A stretch of 64,000 bases of DNA, from positions 2,592,001 to 2,656,000 of the forward strand of contig OZ244960.1 in NCBI GenBank assembly GCA_965222605.1. Reading direction: 5' to 3'. Position numbers and translations under genes: made by a program. This document shows positions 49,828 to 59,268 of this stretch, in pieces. Positions within the stretch are counted from its first letter, which is position 1. Each line of letters begins with the position of its first letter. This DNA comes from Candidatus Latescibacterota bacterium (GTDB lineage Bacteria > Latescibacterota > UBA2968). The notes below the pieces were generated by a model. That model did not search any database, had not been told where the DNA came from, and saw nothing but the letters and a program-made list of their open reading frames with translations.

Positions 49828-50190
49828 CTAAAAACCTCCTGGATCGCGCGGGACGGCACGGGGACTATCGAACCCCAGATCATTTAGAGCACCTGCAATT
49901 TGTTGTGCCGTAACCGACCCAAAAATGCGATCCTCTTCGCCTGCTCTAACCGCCACATTGCACGAAACCTCTTTCAAAACCTCTGCCAGCGACTCCGCAT
50001 CGCGCACAGCGCGAGACGCCTGGGCTTCGCGTTGCCGGCGCACCTTCTCATACACCGCCATATTGCGCTCATTTGCAATCAACGCCACCGAGCGCGGCAG
50101 CAAAAAATTTCGCGCGTACCCAGCTTTCACCTCAACCACATCGCCAGCATTGCCCAGCGTATCCACATCTGCTATAAGAATAATTTTCAT
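49828..50190 (-). CDS. rplI: 50S ribosomal protein L9, C-terminally truncated
   Basis: LGNAGDVVEVKAGYARNFLLP, RIFGSVT; homology ends at LGFD, followed by a repeat-derived tail. Confidence 0.9.
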   Translation of the reverse strand: MKIILIADVDTLGNAGDVVEVKAGYARNFLLPRSVALIANERNMAVYEKVRRQREAQASRAVRDAESLAEVLKEVSCNVAVRAGEEDRIFGSVTAQQIAGALNDLGFDSPRAVPRDPGGF

Positions 50191-50195
50191 AATTC

Positions 50196-50447
50196 CTACC
50201 TCACCGAATCATTCACATAAGGCATAAGCGCGAGGAATCGGGCGCGCTTAATAGCGCGCACCAACGCGCGCTGACCCTTTGCACACGTACCCGTCATGCG
50301 CCGGGGGACAATTTTGCCGCGCTCCGTAACAAACCGGCGCAACAAACGATCATTCTTATAATGAACATCCAAACGGTTCGCTTCAAAATGGCAGGCCCTT
50401 GAGTGACCCTCGCAAATATGACAAACCTTCACACGTCCTCTATTCAT
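50196..50447 (-). CDS. rpsR: 30S ribosomal protein S18
   Basis: [37 protein letters not shown]. Confidence 0.95.
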   Translation of the reverse strand: MNRGRVKVCHICEGHSRACHFEANRLDVHYKNDRLLRRFVTERGKIVPRRMTGTCAKGQRALVRAIKRARFLALMPYVNDSVR

Positions 50448-50782
50448 TCCGCATCCTCCTCTTCTGTACCATCGGAAGCATCTTCAACCTCTTCCTCTTG
50501 AGGAGGAATCTCAGTCTGAAGAATCAGATGCCGCAAAACAGCCTCATCCAAACGACAAACGCGGTCCACACCCGCAACCGCGCCCGGATCAGCCCGAAAA
50601 AGAAAAAAAGTGTAATCGCCCCGTTGCCGCTTCTGAATCTCATAAGCGAGCCTGCGCACGCCCCAGCGGTCAACATTGACCACAGTACCGTGCTCGGCGA
50701 GCAGCGACTCATAGCGTTTGACCGTCTCATCCGCATTCTCCTGCGTATCGACAATCAAAGCCATCTCGTAACCTCGTGACAT
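50444..50782 (-). CDS. rpsF: 30S ribosomal protein S6
   Basis: [25 protein letters not shown]. Confidence 0.95.
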   Translation of the reverse strand: MSRGYEMALIVDTQENADETVKRYESLLAEHGTVVNVDRWGVRRLAYEIQKRQRGDYTFFLFRADPGAVAGVDRVCRLDEAVLRHLILQTEIPPQEEEVEDASDGTEEEDAE

Positions 50783-50835
50783 AAACTATCCCCCTGGACA
50801 AGTGGTTCAGAATACCGTGTTCTGAACGGGGTTGT
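50783..50835 (-). ncRNA. Probable S6:S18 ribosomal protein leader (CCR-motif cis-regulatory RNA)
   Basis: CCCC - hairpin GUUCAGAA/UUCUGAAC - CCA at the hairpin base - GGGGG SD just before the rpsF ATG; CCCC can pair with the SD. Confidence 0.6.
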
Positions 50836-50853
50836 GAAAAAAAGCGTCAGCCG

Positions 50854-52872
50854 TCACGCCAGCAAAGGAGCCAGCATCAGCGCAACCACCGACATTAACT
50901 TAATTAAAATATTCAACGCGGGACCAGACGTATCTTTTAACGGATCGCCAACCGTATCGCCAACCACGGCTGCCTTGTGTGCCTCGGACCCCTTACCGCC
51001 CAAATTGCCCTCCTCAATCAACTTCTTCGCATTGTCCAGCGCACCCCCGCTATTCGCCATCATCAGCGCCAGCAACACCCCCGACACCGTCGCACCCGCC
51101 AGCATACCGCCCAACGCCTCTGCCCCCAGAAAAAAACCGACCAGCACCGGCGTCAAAATAGCCACCAGACCGGGCGCCACCATCTCGCGCAGTGCAGCCA
51201 CAGAACTGATATCGATACAGCGGCGCGTATCCGGCTTGCCCGTCCCCTCCATCAGCCCTGGAATCTCGCGGAACTGGCGACGCACCTCTTCAACCATCTT
51301 AAACGCCGCATTGCCCACACTCGTCATCGTCATCGCCGCCACGCAATAAGGCACGCCAGCGCCCAAAAACAAACCAATCACAACCATGGGTTTAATCAAA
51401 TTAATCGACTCTATCCCCACAGCCGTCGAATACGCGGAAAACAGTGCAAGCGCCGTCAGCGCGGCAGACCCAATCGCAAACCCCTTGCCAATCGCCGCCG
51501 TCGTATTGCCCAGCGAATCCAGCTCATCCGTAATCTCGCGCGTCTTCGGACCCAACTTCGCCATCTCGGAAATACCGCCCGCATTATCCGCAATCGGACC
51601 GTAAGCATCCACAGCCATCGTAACACCCACAGTCGATAACATCCCCACAGCGGCAATGCCAATACCGTATAACCCCGCAAAGTGAAACGACCCGGCAATG
51701 GCAACACAGATCCCCAAAACCGGCAACGTCGTACTCTCCATCCCCACCGCCAACCCCGCGATCATATTCGTTGCCGACCCCGTCTCCGAAGAATGCGCAA
51801 TGCGTCTGACAGGTGCCCCGCCCGTATAGTATTCCGTCATCAGCGCAATAGCAATACCAACGAGACAACCAAAGAGAATCGCCCAAAACACACCGCGAGC
51901 CAAACCGAGATATTCCGCGGCAAAAAAAGATCCTACAAGCATCAAAACAGCGGAAATATACGTGACATAGCGCAGCGCTGCATCCGGGTTTAAAGACTGC
52001 AAAATGCGAATCGACCCCACGCCGATCATCGACGCCAACAAACCGATCATAACCACGACAAGCGGATATTGCATCGCCGCGACCCGCACCAGCGCGGTAT
52101 CGCCTCCCAACGCACTCAACGCCGCGCCACCAGCCATTGCCGCAATCGCAATCGTCGCAATAATAGACCCCACATAAGACTCAAAAATATCCGCACCCAT
52201 CCCGGCCACATCGCCCACATTATCGCCCACATGATCTGCAATAACAGCCGGATTTCTCGGATCGTCCTCCGGTATCCCTGCCTCCACCTTACCCACCAGA
52301 TCCGCACCCACATCCGCCGTCTTCGTATAAATACCGCCCCCAACCCGGGCAAACAGCGCAATAGAACTCGCCCCCATTGCAAAACCATTAATCACAGCCG
52401 CCTGACCGGGATTGCCGTAAAAATAAAAAAGCAAGCCCACGCCAAAAAGCCCCAGACTTGCCACAGCCAGCCCCATCACTGCCCCACCTGAAAACGCGAC
52501 ATTCAACGCCTTATCCCGCCCACTCTGACTGGCGGCATAAGCCGTCCGTACATTTGCCTTCGTCGCCGCCTTCATCCCGATAAAACCCGCGACAAGCGAA
52601 CAAAGTGCGCCGCCAAAAAAAGATATGGCCGTCGGGAAATTAATACCCCAGAACACCAGCGCGAACACCACAACAATAAAAATAGAAAGCACGCTGTATT
52701 CGCGCTTCAAAAAGGTCACGGCGCCATCCTGAATATCCGCTGCGATCTCTCGCATCAGCTCCGTGCCCTCTGATTGTCTGGCAACATAGAGATAAATCAA
52801 ACCAGCGCAAACCAGCCCAACCACGCCCAGCACAGGTGCCAAAATCATAATCATAAAGAACTCCAAACCCAT
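50854..52872 (-). CDS. hppA: Membrane-bound pyrophosphatase, K+-dependent (probably Na+-translocating)
   Basis: [32 protein letters not shown] (Ala marks K+ dependence), [14 protein letters not shown]. Confidence 0.95.
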   Translation of the reverse strand: MGLEFFMIMILAPVLGVVGLVCAGLIYLYVARQSEGTELMREIAADIQDGAVTFLKREYSVLSIFIVVVFALVFWGINFPTAISFFGGALCSLVAGFIGMKAATKANVRTAYAASQSGRDKALNVAFSGGAVMGLAVASLGLFGVGLLFYFYGNPGQAAVINGFAMGASSIALFARVGGGIYTKTADVGADLVGKVEAGIPEDDPRNPAVIADHVGDNVGDVAGMGADIFESYVGSIIATIAIAAMAGGAALSALGGDTALVRVAAMQYPLVVVMIGLLASMIGVGSIRILQSLNPDAALRYVTYISAVLMLVGSFFAAEYLGLARGVFWAILFGCLVGIAIALMTEYYTGGAPVRRIAHSSETGSATNMIAGLAVGMESTTLPVLGICVAIAGSFHFAGLYGIGIAAVGMLSTVGVTMAVDAYGPIADNAGGISEMAKLGPKTREITDELDSLGNTTAAIGKGFAIGSAALTALALFSAYSTAVGIESINLIKPMVVIGLFLGAGVPYCVAAMTMTSVGNAAFKMVEEVRRQFREIPGLMEGTGKPDTRRCIDISSVAALREMVAPGLVAILTPVLVGFFLGAEALGGMLAGATVSGVLLALMMANSGGALDNAKKLIEEGNLGGKGSEAHKAAVVGDTVGDPLKDTSGPALNILIKLMSVVALMLAPLLA

Positions 52873-52966
52873 CCACGCCGCAATGACGGGCGAGGCATGC
52901 CTCGCCCCTACGGTTGCTTCTCACATTTTGTATCTTTGTGTCTTTGTGTCTTTGTGTGAGACCCTC

Positions 52967-53548
52967 TCACTTCTTATTATACTGATTCATTGCCCGTTCA
53001 ATACCTTCTGTTGCCCAACAAAGAGCGCCCTCGACCACTTGCCCAACCGCATCTGTAATCACATCCCGATCTTTGGATGTAAATTCACCCAACACATAAT
53101 CAATCATCCCATCCAACTCGGCGGGTTGCCCAATACCGACGCGCAACCTCGGAAAATCCGCAGCCCCCAACGCGCGCTCAACAGACCGCAAACCATTGTG
53201 CCCGCCGTGACTGCCCGTGCGCCGAAAGCGCAACTGCCCCAAACTTAGATACACATCGTCAACCACCACGAGCACATCTGCCCGTGCAACCTCAAAACAC
53301 CGCGCAATCTCCGCCACACCCAAACCGCTCTTATTCATATAAGTCAGCGGCTTGACCAGCACCAGATCATCTGAAAACTTGCACCACGTACAAAACTCAA
53401 ACGCATGCCACTGTGCATCTTTGCCCAGCGCATCAACCACCCAAAATCCCACATTGTGGCGCGTATGTGCATAGCGCGCGCCCGGATTGCCCAGCCCCAC
53501 AACCGCCTTTACACCGTACGGGCGAGGCATGCCTCGCCCCCTACTCAT
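52967..53548 (-). CDS. pth: Peptidyl-tRNA hydrolase
   Basis: VGLGNPG, TRHNVGF, KPLTYMNKSG, GGHNGLRS; N-terminus contains a REP-derived peptide. Confidence 0.93.
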   Translation of the reverse strand: MSRGRGMPRPYGVKAVVGLGNPGARYAHTRHNVGFWVVDALGKDAQWHAFEFCTWCKFSDDLVLVKPLTYMNKSGLGVAEIARCFEVARADVLVVVDDVYLSLGQLRFRRTGSHGGHNGLRSVERALGAADFPRLRVGIGQPAELDGMIDYVLGEFTSKDRDVITDAVGQVVEGALCWATEGIERAMNQYNKK

Positions 53549-54233
53549 CGCCTTCTTCGTCATCGCTGCTGCGCCTGCCACCGCGCTCAATAAGCTCTGG
53601 CTCTTGCATTTCTTCGCCTTCTTCGCCTTCTTCGCCCAATTCGTCTTCTTCTTCCTCTTCTTCTTCGACAATAAGCGCGGGCGCAGCCACCGCAAACACC
53701 GTGCGGTCGTCATCCGTCACAATGGTCATCTCATCGCCACTCAGGACAATATCCGAAACGTGCAGCGAATCGCCAATCTCCAAATCCGACACATTAATTG
53801 CAACATTATCGGGTATATCTACAGGCAGGCACTCAACCTCAAGCTCGTGCAACATCTGTTCCAGAATCCCCTCGCCAATCCGCACCCCAACGGCAGACCC
53901 CGTAGCGTGAATAGGCACTTCAACCACAATTTTGCGCGTCAAATCAATGCGGTGAAAATCAACATGCAAAATCTCACCGAGCACGGGATGATACTGAATA
54001 TCCTTAATAATAGTACTCTGGCTCGTATCGCCCGCACTCAGCGAAATAATCGCGTTGCGGCCGTGCGCCTTCAACAAATCGGACAACGTGCGATAATCCA
54101 CGGAACAGGCAACAGACGCGGCATTCTCGCCATAAACAACCGCGGGCAATTGACCGCGATAGCGCAACCGCTTGGCAAATTTTTTTCCGGCTTCCGTGCG
54201 AACATCTACATTGAGAGAAACTTGATCGGACAT
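53541..54233 (-). CDS. rplY: 50S ribosomal protein L25/Ctc
   Basis: LPAVVYG, ILHVDF, IGDSLHVSD, acidic tail. Confidence 0.95.
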   Translation of the reverse strand: MSDQVSLNVDVRTEAGKKFAKRLRYRGQLPAVVYGENAASVACSVDYRTLSDLLKAHGRNAIISLSAGDTSQSTIIKDIQYHPVLGEILHVDFHRIDLTRKIVVEVPIHATGSAVGVRIGEGILEQMLHELEVECLPVDIPDNVAINVSDLEIGDSLHVSDIVLSGDEMTIVTDDDRTVFAVAAPALIVEEEEEEEDELGEEGEEGEEMQEPELIERGGRRSSDDEEGDE

Positions 54234-54235
54234 AT

Positions 54236-55099
54236 TTATTCTCCAACGGGACAACACAAAAAAGCCCGAAACTGTTCGGCCTTAAACCGTGCCCAAACAG
54301 CCTCGGCAACATCTCGAGACTCAAAAACACCGTAAAGCGTGGAACCACTGCCAGACATCGACGCAACTATCGCGCCGGCATCTGTCAATCGCGACAAAAT
54401 ATCGCGCGTTTCCGGATACGACTGCACAATGAGAGGCAAAAAATCATTCTCAATACGCCCCCAAAAATCCGAAACGGACAAATCTTTTACAGAATTGATG
54501 AAATTATCATATTCACCATGCCCTGTCAAGGTCTTTTTGTAATTTGCAAAAGCCCAGCCCGTATGCACCTGAAACCCCGGACAAACCAACACATAAACCA
54601 CATCCGCAGACCACGGCACATACCGCACAGACTCCCCCCGCCCCGAAACAACTGCCGTACCCTTTTGCCGCACAAAAAACGGCACATCAGACCCCAAAGT
54701 CGCGCCTATCTCGCGCAATTCTCGACTTGAAAGACCCGCTTCCCACGCGCGATTCAAAACCCGCAACACAGCCGCCGCATCTGAACTCCCACCCCCCAAA
54801 CCCGCCGCCATTGGAATCCGCTTCTCCAGCACAACCTCAACGCCCCGCGCCATCCCCGTATAAGACCGAAATGCCGAAATCGCCTTATACACCAGATTCT
54901 CTGGACCCACGGGCAAATCCGCATCGTCGCACGACAAAATAATCTGCCCCTGCCCGGCGTGTTTGAAAACGAGGCGATCGCACAGATCCACAGTCTGAAA
55001 AACCGATAAAATATCGTGAAACCCATCGCCGCGCCGCCCGAGAATCTTCAGCCCTAAATTGAGCTTTGCATATGCGTACTCGACAATATCCAAAAGCAA
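54236..55099 (-). CDS. ispE: 4-diphosphocytidyl-2-C-methyl-D-erythritol kinase
   Basis: AKLNLGL, KRIPMAAGLGGGSSDAA, LGSDVPFF, MSGSGS. Confidence 0.95.
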   Translation of the reverse strand: MLLDIVEYAYAKLNLGLKILGRRGDGFHDILSVFQTVDLCDRLVFKHAGQGQIILSCDDADLPVGPENLVYKAISAFRSYTGMARGVEVVLEKRIPMAAGLGGGSSDAAAVLRVLNRAWEAGLSSRELREIGATLGSDVPFFVRQKGTAVVSGRGESVRYVPWSADVVYVLVCPGFQVHTGWAFANYKKTLTGHGEYDNFINSVKDLSVSDFWGRIENDFLPLIVQSYPETRDILSRLTDAGAIVASMSGSGSTLYGVFESRDVAEAVWARFKAEQFRAFLCCPVGE

Positions 55100-55195
55100 C
55101 CACCGTCTGAATCAGGATTTACAGGATGAAAGGATGGACAGGATAAAAGACAAAGGCAAAATCAAAGGCAAAAGGCAACCACGGATAAACACAGA

Positions 55196-55224
55196 TTGAC
55201 GCCTTTTGCAAAATGTGATACATT
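55196..55224 (+). promoter_or_regulatory. Sigma70 promoter upstream of the TPR gene
   Basis: TTGACG-17-TACATT with extended -10 TG. Confidence 0.6.
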
Positions 55225-55298
55225 CGAGAAACAACGACCCACATCGCGGGCGACCACAGGGGGTCGCCCCTACAACAAATTTTCAATAACGGTCCTAA

Positions 55299-58200
55299 AT
55301 GATCCTTCTCAAAAACACATTAATTTTCATCGTCCTCTTCGGAACATCATCCCTCTGCGCGCAGGGGACCCAGGATGAAAATTCGCATTTTGAACTCGCA
55401 AAGCGAATCTACAACGACGGCCTCTATGCCGATGCCGCGCGGGAATATAAGCAATTCATCATCAACTTCCCCACCAGCAAGCGACTGCCCGATGCCACGC
55501 TGCGCGTTGGGCAAGCCCATGCCAGAGCCGAACAATACGACCTCGCACTCGAAGCCTTTCAGCAATTCATCGACCGCTACGCCACCCACATCGAAGTCGC
55601 CAGTGCAATGCGCGCACGCGCCAATGCACTCAGCCAACTTGGGGAACACACCCGAGCCGGCGCGGCCTATCGCGATGTACACGCGGCCTATCCCGCCTCG
55701 ACAAACGCGCCCCAGGACCTCTTATCAGCCGGCGAGAACTACCACAAAGGCGGTGCCTTATCAGAAGCTGGCGCGGCCTTTCGCCAACTCGCCGCACAAT
55801 ATCCCAAATCGCCACTAATCAATGAAGCCACCTTCAACCTGGGCCGCGTCTTACTCGAAGAATCGCGCGCCGAAGAAGCCCTCGCGCAATTCCGCACCCT
55901 CGCCGAACACCCCGGTTCAGCAAAGCGCAAACCCGACGCCCTCCTCGAAATGGGCAACATCGCCCTATCGCGCGACAACCTCCCTGAAGCAGAACGCATC
56001 TTTGCAAACCTGCGCGCCAGATATCCCGCAACACCTGCCGCCCAGAACTCGCACCTCATCCTGGGCGCGTGGCACGCCGGCAAAAACGACTGGGCACGCG
56101 CTGAAAAAACCTATAACAACGCCCTTGCAACAATCCCGAACAACACCCGTCTCCAGCAAGCCATGTTGGGAAGTGCAAATGCAAAACGCAAACTCGGCAA
56201 AAGCGAAAGTGCGCTACAACGCTACGCCTCATTTCTAAGAGCCTATCCCAAAAGCCCCTTCCACGCCCACGCCCTGCTGGGCTATGGCCGCACATTTGCA
56301 GACCTGAAAAATTATCGCAATGCACTGGACGCATTCAAAAACCTGCAGGAAAAATATCCAGACACAGACATCAGCATCCAGGCTTATGGCGACATCGGAA
56401 ACTTATGGCGCGCGCTTGGAACGCACCAAAAAGCACTGTCAGCGTATCAAACATACCTCACGCGCATACAATCCCCCAGCGAAAAAGCCAATGCACGGCT
56501 GCACATCGCGCAACTCTGTGAAGACCTGCACTGGTATGACCTCGCAGCCGAAAATTATCGCACCCTGATCAACAGCCCAATCGCACACTACGCAGCCGAA
56601 GGTCAATACGGATTCGCCCGCGTATTTGAAAAAACCGGAGACCCCGCACTCGCACTGCGAGAATACCGCACCTACATCAAAAACCACGCCGACGCCTCGC
56701 ACGCCGAAACAGCAGAAAGGCGCATCCAACTCCTCACCGAATTTGGCACCGCAACCGACCGCGACCGCACATGGCTCGAACTCCTCGCCAACTTGCCCGG
56801 CATCGCCGACGATGCACACACGCAATTTATACTCGGCAAAACCCTCTACAATCAAAAACACTACAACCGCGCAATCACCCACCTCGAAGCCGCGCTCGCA
56901 TGGCATACGTACGGGCGAGGCATGCCTCGCCCCTACACGCCCACATCGGCTAACGATGACACATCCACCAACATGCCTCGCCCCTACACACCCGCAAGTA
57001 CGGGCGAAAAATCTTTCGCCCCAACATCCAGCGACACACTCGCACTTGCCGCCGAAGCCGCACGCGCAGCCGAAGCCGCACTCGCGGCATTATCCACATC
57101 TAATGACACACCATCTAATGACGACACACCTGCTCCGCCACCCAACGGGCGGGCACAGGGGGATATGCGGGACGGCACGGGGACCGTCCCCTACACATCT
57201 GAAGACACACCATCGGATGAGTACGGGCGAGGCATGCCTCGCCCCAACGACACGCTCGCCTCAGCACCCAACGACGCCCCCCCCTGGGCATCTGAAGCCT
57301 ATTATCTCCTCGGCAACAGCTACTTAAAACAGGCGCGCAGAGCCACCCTCGAAAACAAATCCCCAGACAAATGGCAAAACAAAGGCATCGCAACACTCAA
57401 AATACTCGTCAAAATATTCCCCGACAACGACCATGCGGAAAACGCCGCACTCGCCGTCATACACACAGAAACAGCCCACATACAACCCGACACCCTCCGC
57501 GCACAAACGCGTCTGAGCGCCTATCGCGCATATCAAAAAACACATCCCAACAGCCCCGATTTGCTCCTGCGAATCGCCGACGCCCACTTCTCCAACACCC
57601 ACATCGACAGCGCCCTCAGCCTGTATCTCCAGATCGAAAAAAAAGCCAGCGACCCCACACGCAAAGAAAAAACCGCCTATCGCATCGGCTTGTGTCAGGC
57701 CCGGCAACAACAACACATACGCGCCGAAGAAACCCTGAAAAACTTCCTCTTCAACTATCCGCAGAGCAACCTATTACCGCACGCGCAATTTCAACTGGGC
57801 CGCATACTCCTCGACCGGGAATTTTACGCCAGCGCCGCCGAAGCATTCTCCGAACTCCTCTCCGCATCCCCAACGCTCGCACTCCAGCGATCTGCCCGCT
57901 CGCTATTGGCCGAAAGCTACCATCGCCTGAGGAACTATCAACGCGCCATAGAAATAGACGAAAGCCTGATCACCCACAACACCACCCCCCAATTATTGCG
58001 CCGCCTCGCCAAATCCTATTCTCAAAACAACCAGCACAACAAAGCCATCACAACTTATGACATGTACCTCCGCAAATATCCACAAGCACCCGACGCCGAC
58101 AGCATCGCCTTCACACGCGCCGAACACCTGACATCGCGCAACCGCACATCAGAAGCCCTCACCGCCTTCCGCGAATTCTCCCAAAAATACCCCAACAGCC

Positions 58201-59264
58201 CGCTCGGTACACAGGCGGATCAATCTGTGGGCGACCTCCTCTTTCAAACGGAAAAATACGCCCAGGCCATCGCCGCGTACCAGCGCATACCAGAACCCGC
58301 GCGCAACGAAACCATGGCCGCCCGCGAAGTCTTGAGCCTCTACCGCCTCCGGCGCATCAGCGAAGCCAACAAAGCCGCGGGCCAATTCAAAAAAACCTAT
58401 AAAACAGCAACCGAATGGCTCGCCCGCTTCGAAGTCGAAAAAGGCAAATATCAACTCGCCGTCAAAAATCCCAAAAAAGCGCGACAAATCTTTGAAGACA
58501 TCTCAAAAAAATACGCCGCCACCGAAGCAGCGGCCGACGCGCGTTATTACATCATCCGCGCCTATCGCGACGAAGGACCCGACAAAGACGGCAACAACGA
58601 CCCCTATATCAACGCACTCACCGCATTCATAAAAAATTATCCCGACAGCCCGCACTGGGCAAACGCCAACATCGAACTCGCCGAATTTTGGGAACGCAAC
58701 GAAGAATACAACCTATCTGCACGCGCATATCGCAACGCCATTGAAAAAGGCGTCTCCCAATCCGAAAAACCCCGCATCCTTCAAAAACTCGCAAAAAATT
58801 ACGGCAACCTCAACGCCTACGACCTCGCCATCAACTTTGCGCGCCAACTCATCCGCGAATTTCCCCAGGACCCCCTTGCCCTGGGAGCCAGCATCGACAT
58901 CGGCACCATCTACCTGCCCAACAAAGGCGCCCACGCGCAAGCCATCGCAGAACTTCGGCCCCTGCTCAAAATCGTGACCGAGGAAAGTAAAAAAGCCAAT
59001 ATCCAATACGCCATCGCAGAAAATTATTTTAAAATGGCCGACTATACCAACGCACTCCGAGAATTTTTGATCCTGCGCTACAACCAGAAAGCGGGGCCCA
59101 TGTGGATCGTATCCGCACAAATGAAAGTAGCAGATTGCTATGCGGCACAGGGCAAGACTGAACAAGCCATACACGAACTCCAGGCAATCAAACGCAGCCA
59201 CGGCGCCGCCAGCAACTACGGCGTGGGCGCGGAGAAACGCATTCGGGAAATAAAAAAGAAATAA
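55299..59264 (+). CDS. Large secreted tetratricopeptide-repeat protein (YfiO/CpoB-like TPRs) with an in-frame repeat-derived insertion
   Basis: Signal peptide; many TPR units ending ..YPxS; insertion at ~56905-57290. Confidence 0.9.
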   Translation: MILLKNTLIFIVLFGTSSLCAQGTQDENSHFELAKRIYNDGLYADAAREYKQFIINFPTSKRLPDATLRVGQAHARAEQYDLALEAFQQFIDRYATHIEVASAMRARANALSQLGEHTRAGAAYRDVHAAYPASTNAPQDLLSAGENYHKGGALSEAGAAFRQLAAQYPKSPLINEATFNLGRVLLEESRAEEALAQFRTLAEHPGSAKRKPDALLEMGNIALSRDNLPEAERIFANLRARYPATPAAQNSHLILGAWHAGKNDWARAEKTYNNALATIPNNTRLQQAMLGSANAKRKLGKSESALQRYASFLRAYPKSPFHAHALLGYGRTFADLKNYRNALDAFKNLQEKYPDTDISIQAYGDIGNLWRALGTHQKALSAYQTYLTRIQSPSEKANARLHIAQLCEDLHWYDLAAENYRTLINSPIAHYAAEGQYGFARVFEKTGDPALALREYRTYIKNHADASHAETAERRIQLLTEFGTATDRDRTWLELLANLPGIADDAHTQFILGKTLYNQKHYNRAITHLEAALAWHTYGRGMPRPYTPTSANDDTSTNMPRPYTPASTGEKSFAPTSSDTLALAAEAARAAEAALAALSTSNDTPSNDDTPAPPPNGRAQGDMRDGTGTVPYTSEDTPSDEYGRGMPRPNDTLASAPNDAPPWASEAYYLLGNSYLKQARRATLENKSPDKWQNKGIATLKILVKIFPDNDHAENAALAVIHTETAHIQPDTLRAQTRLSAYRAYQKTHPNSPDLLLRIADAHFSNTHIDSALSLYLQIEKKASDPTRKEKTAYRIGLCQARQQQHIRAEETLKNFLFNYPQSNLLPHAQFQLGRILLDREFYASAAEAFSELLSASPTLALQRSARSLLAESYHRLRNYQRAIEIDESLITHNTTPQLLRRLAKSYSQNNQHNKAITTYDMYLRKYPQAPDADSIAFTRAEHLTSRNRTSEALTAFREFSQKYPNSPLGTQADQSVGDLLFQTEKYAQAIAAYQRIPEPARNETMAAREVLSLYRLRRISEANKAAGQFKKTYKTATEWLARFEVEKGKYQLAVKNPKKARQIFEDISKKYAATEAAADARYYIIRAYRDEGPDKDGNNDPYINALTAFIKNYPDSPHWANANIELAEFWERNEEYNLSARAYRNAIEKGVSQSEKPRILQKLAKNYGNLNAYDLAINFARQLIREFPQDPLALGASIDIGTIYLPNKGAHAQAIAELRPLLKIVTEESKKANIQYAIAENYFKMADYTNALREFLILRYNQKAGPMWIVSAQMKVADCYAAQGKTEQAIHELQAIKRSHGAASNYGVGAEKRIREIKKK

Positions 59265-59268
59265 CAAC

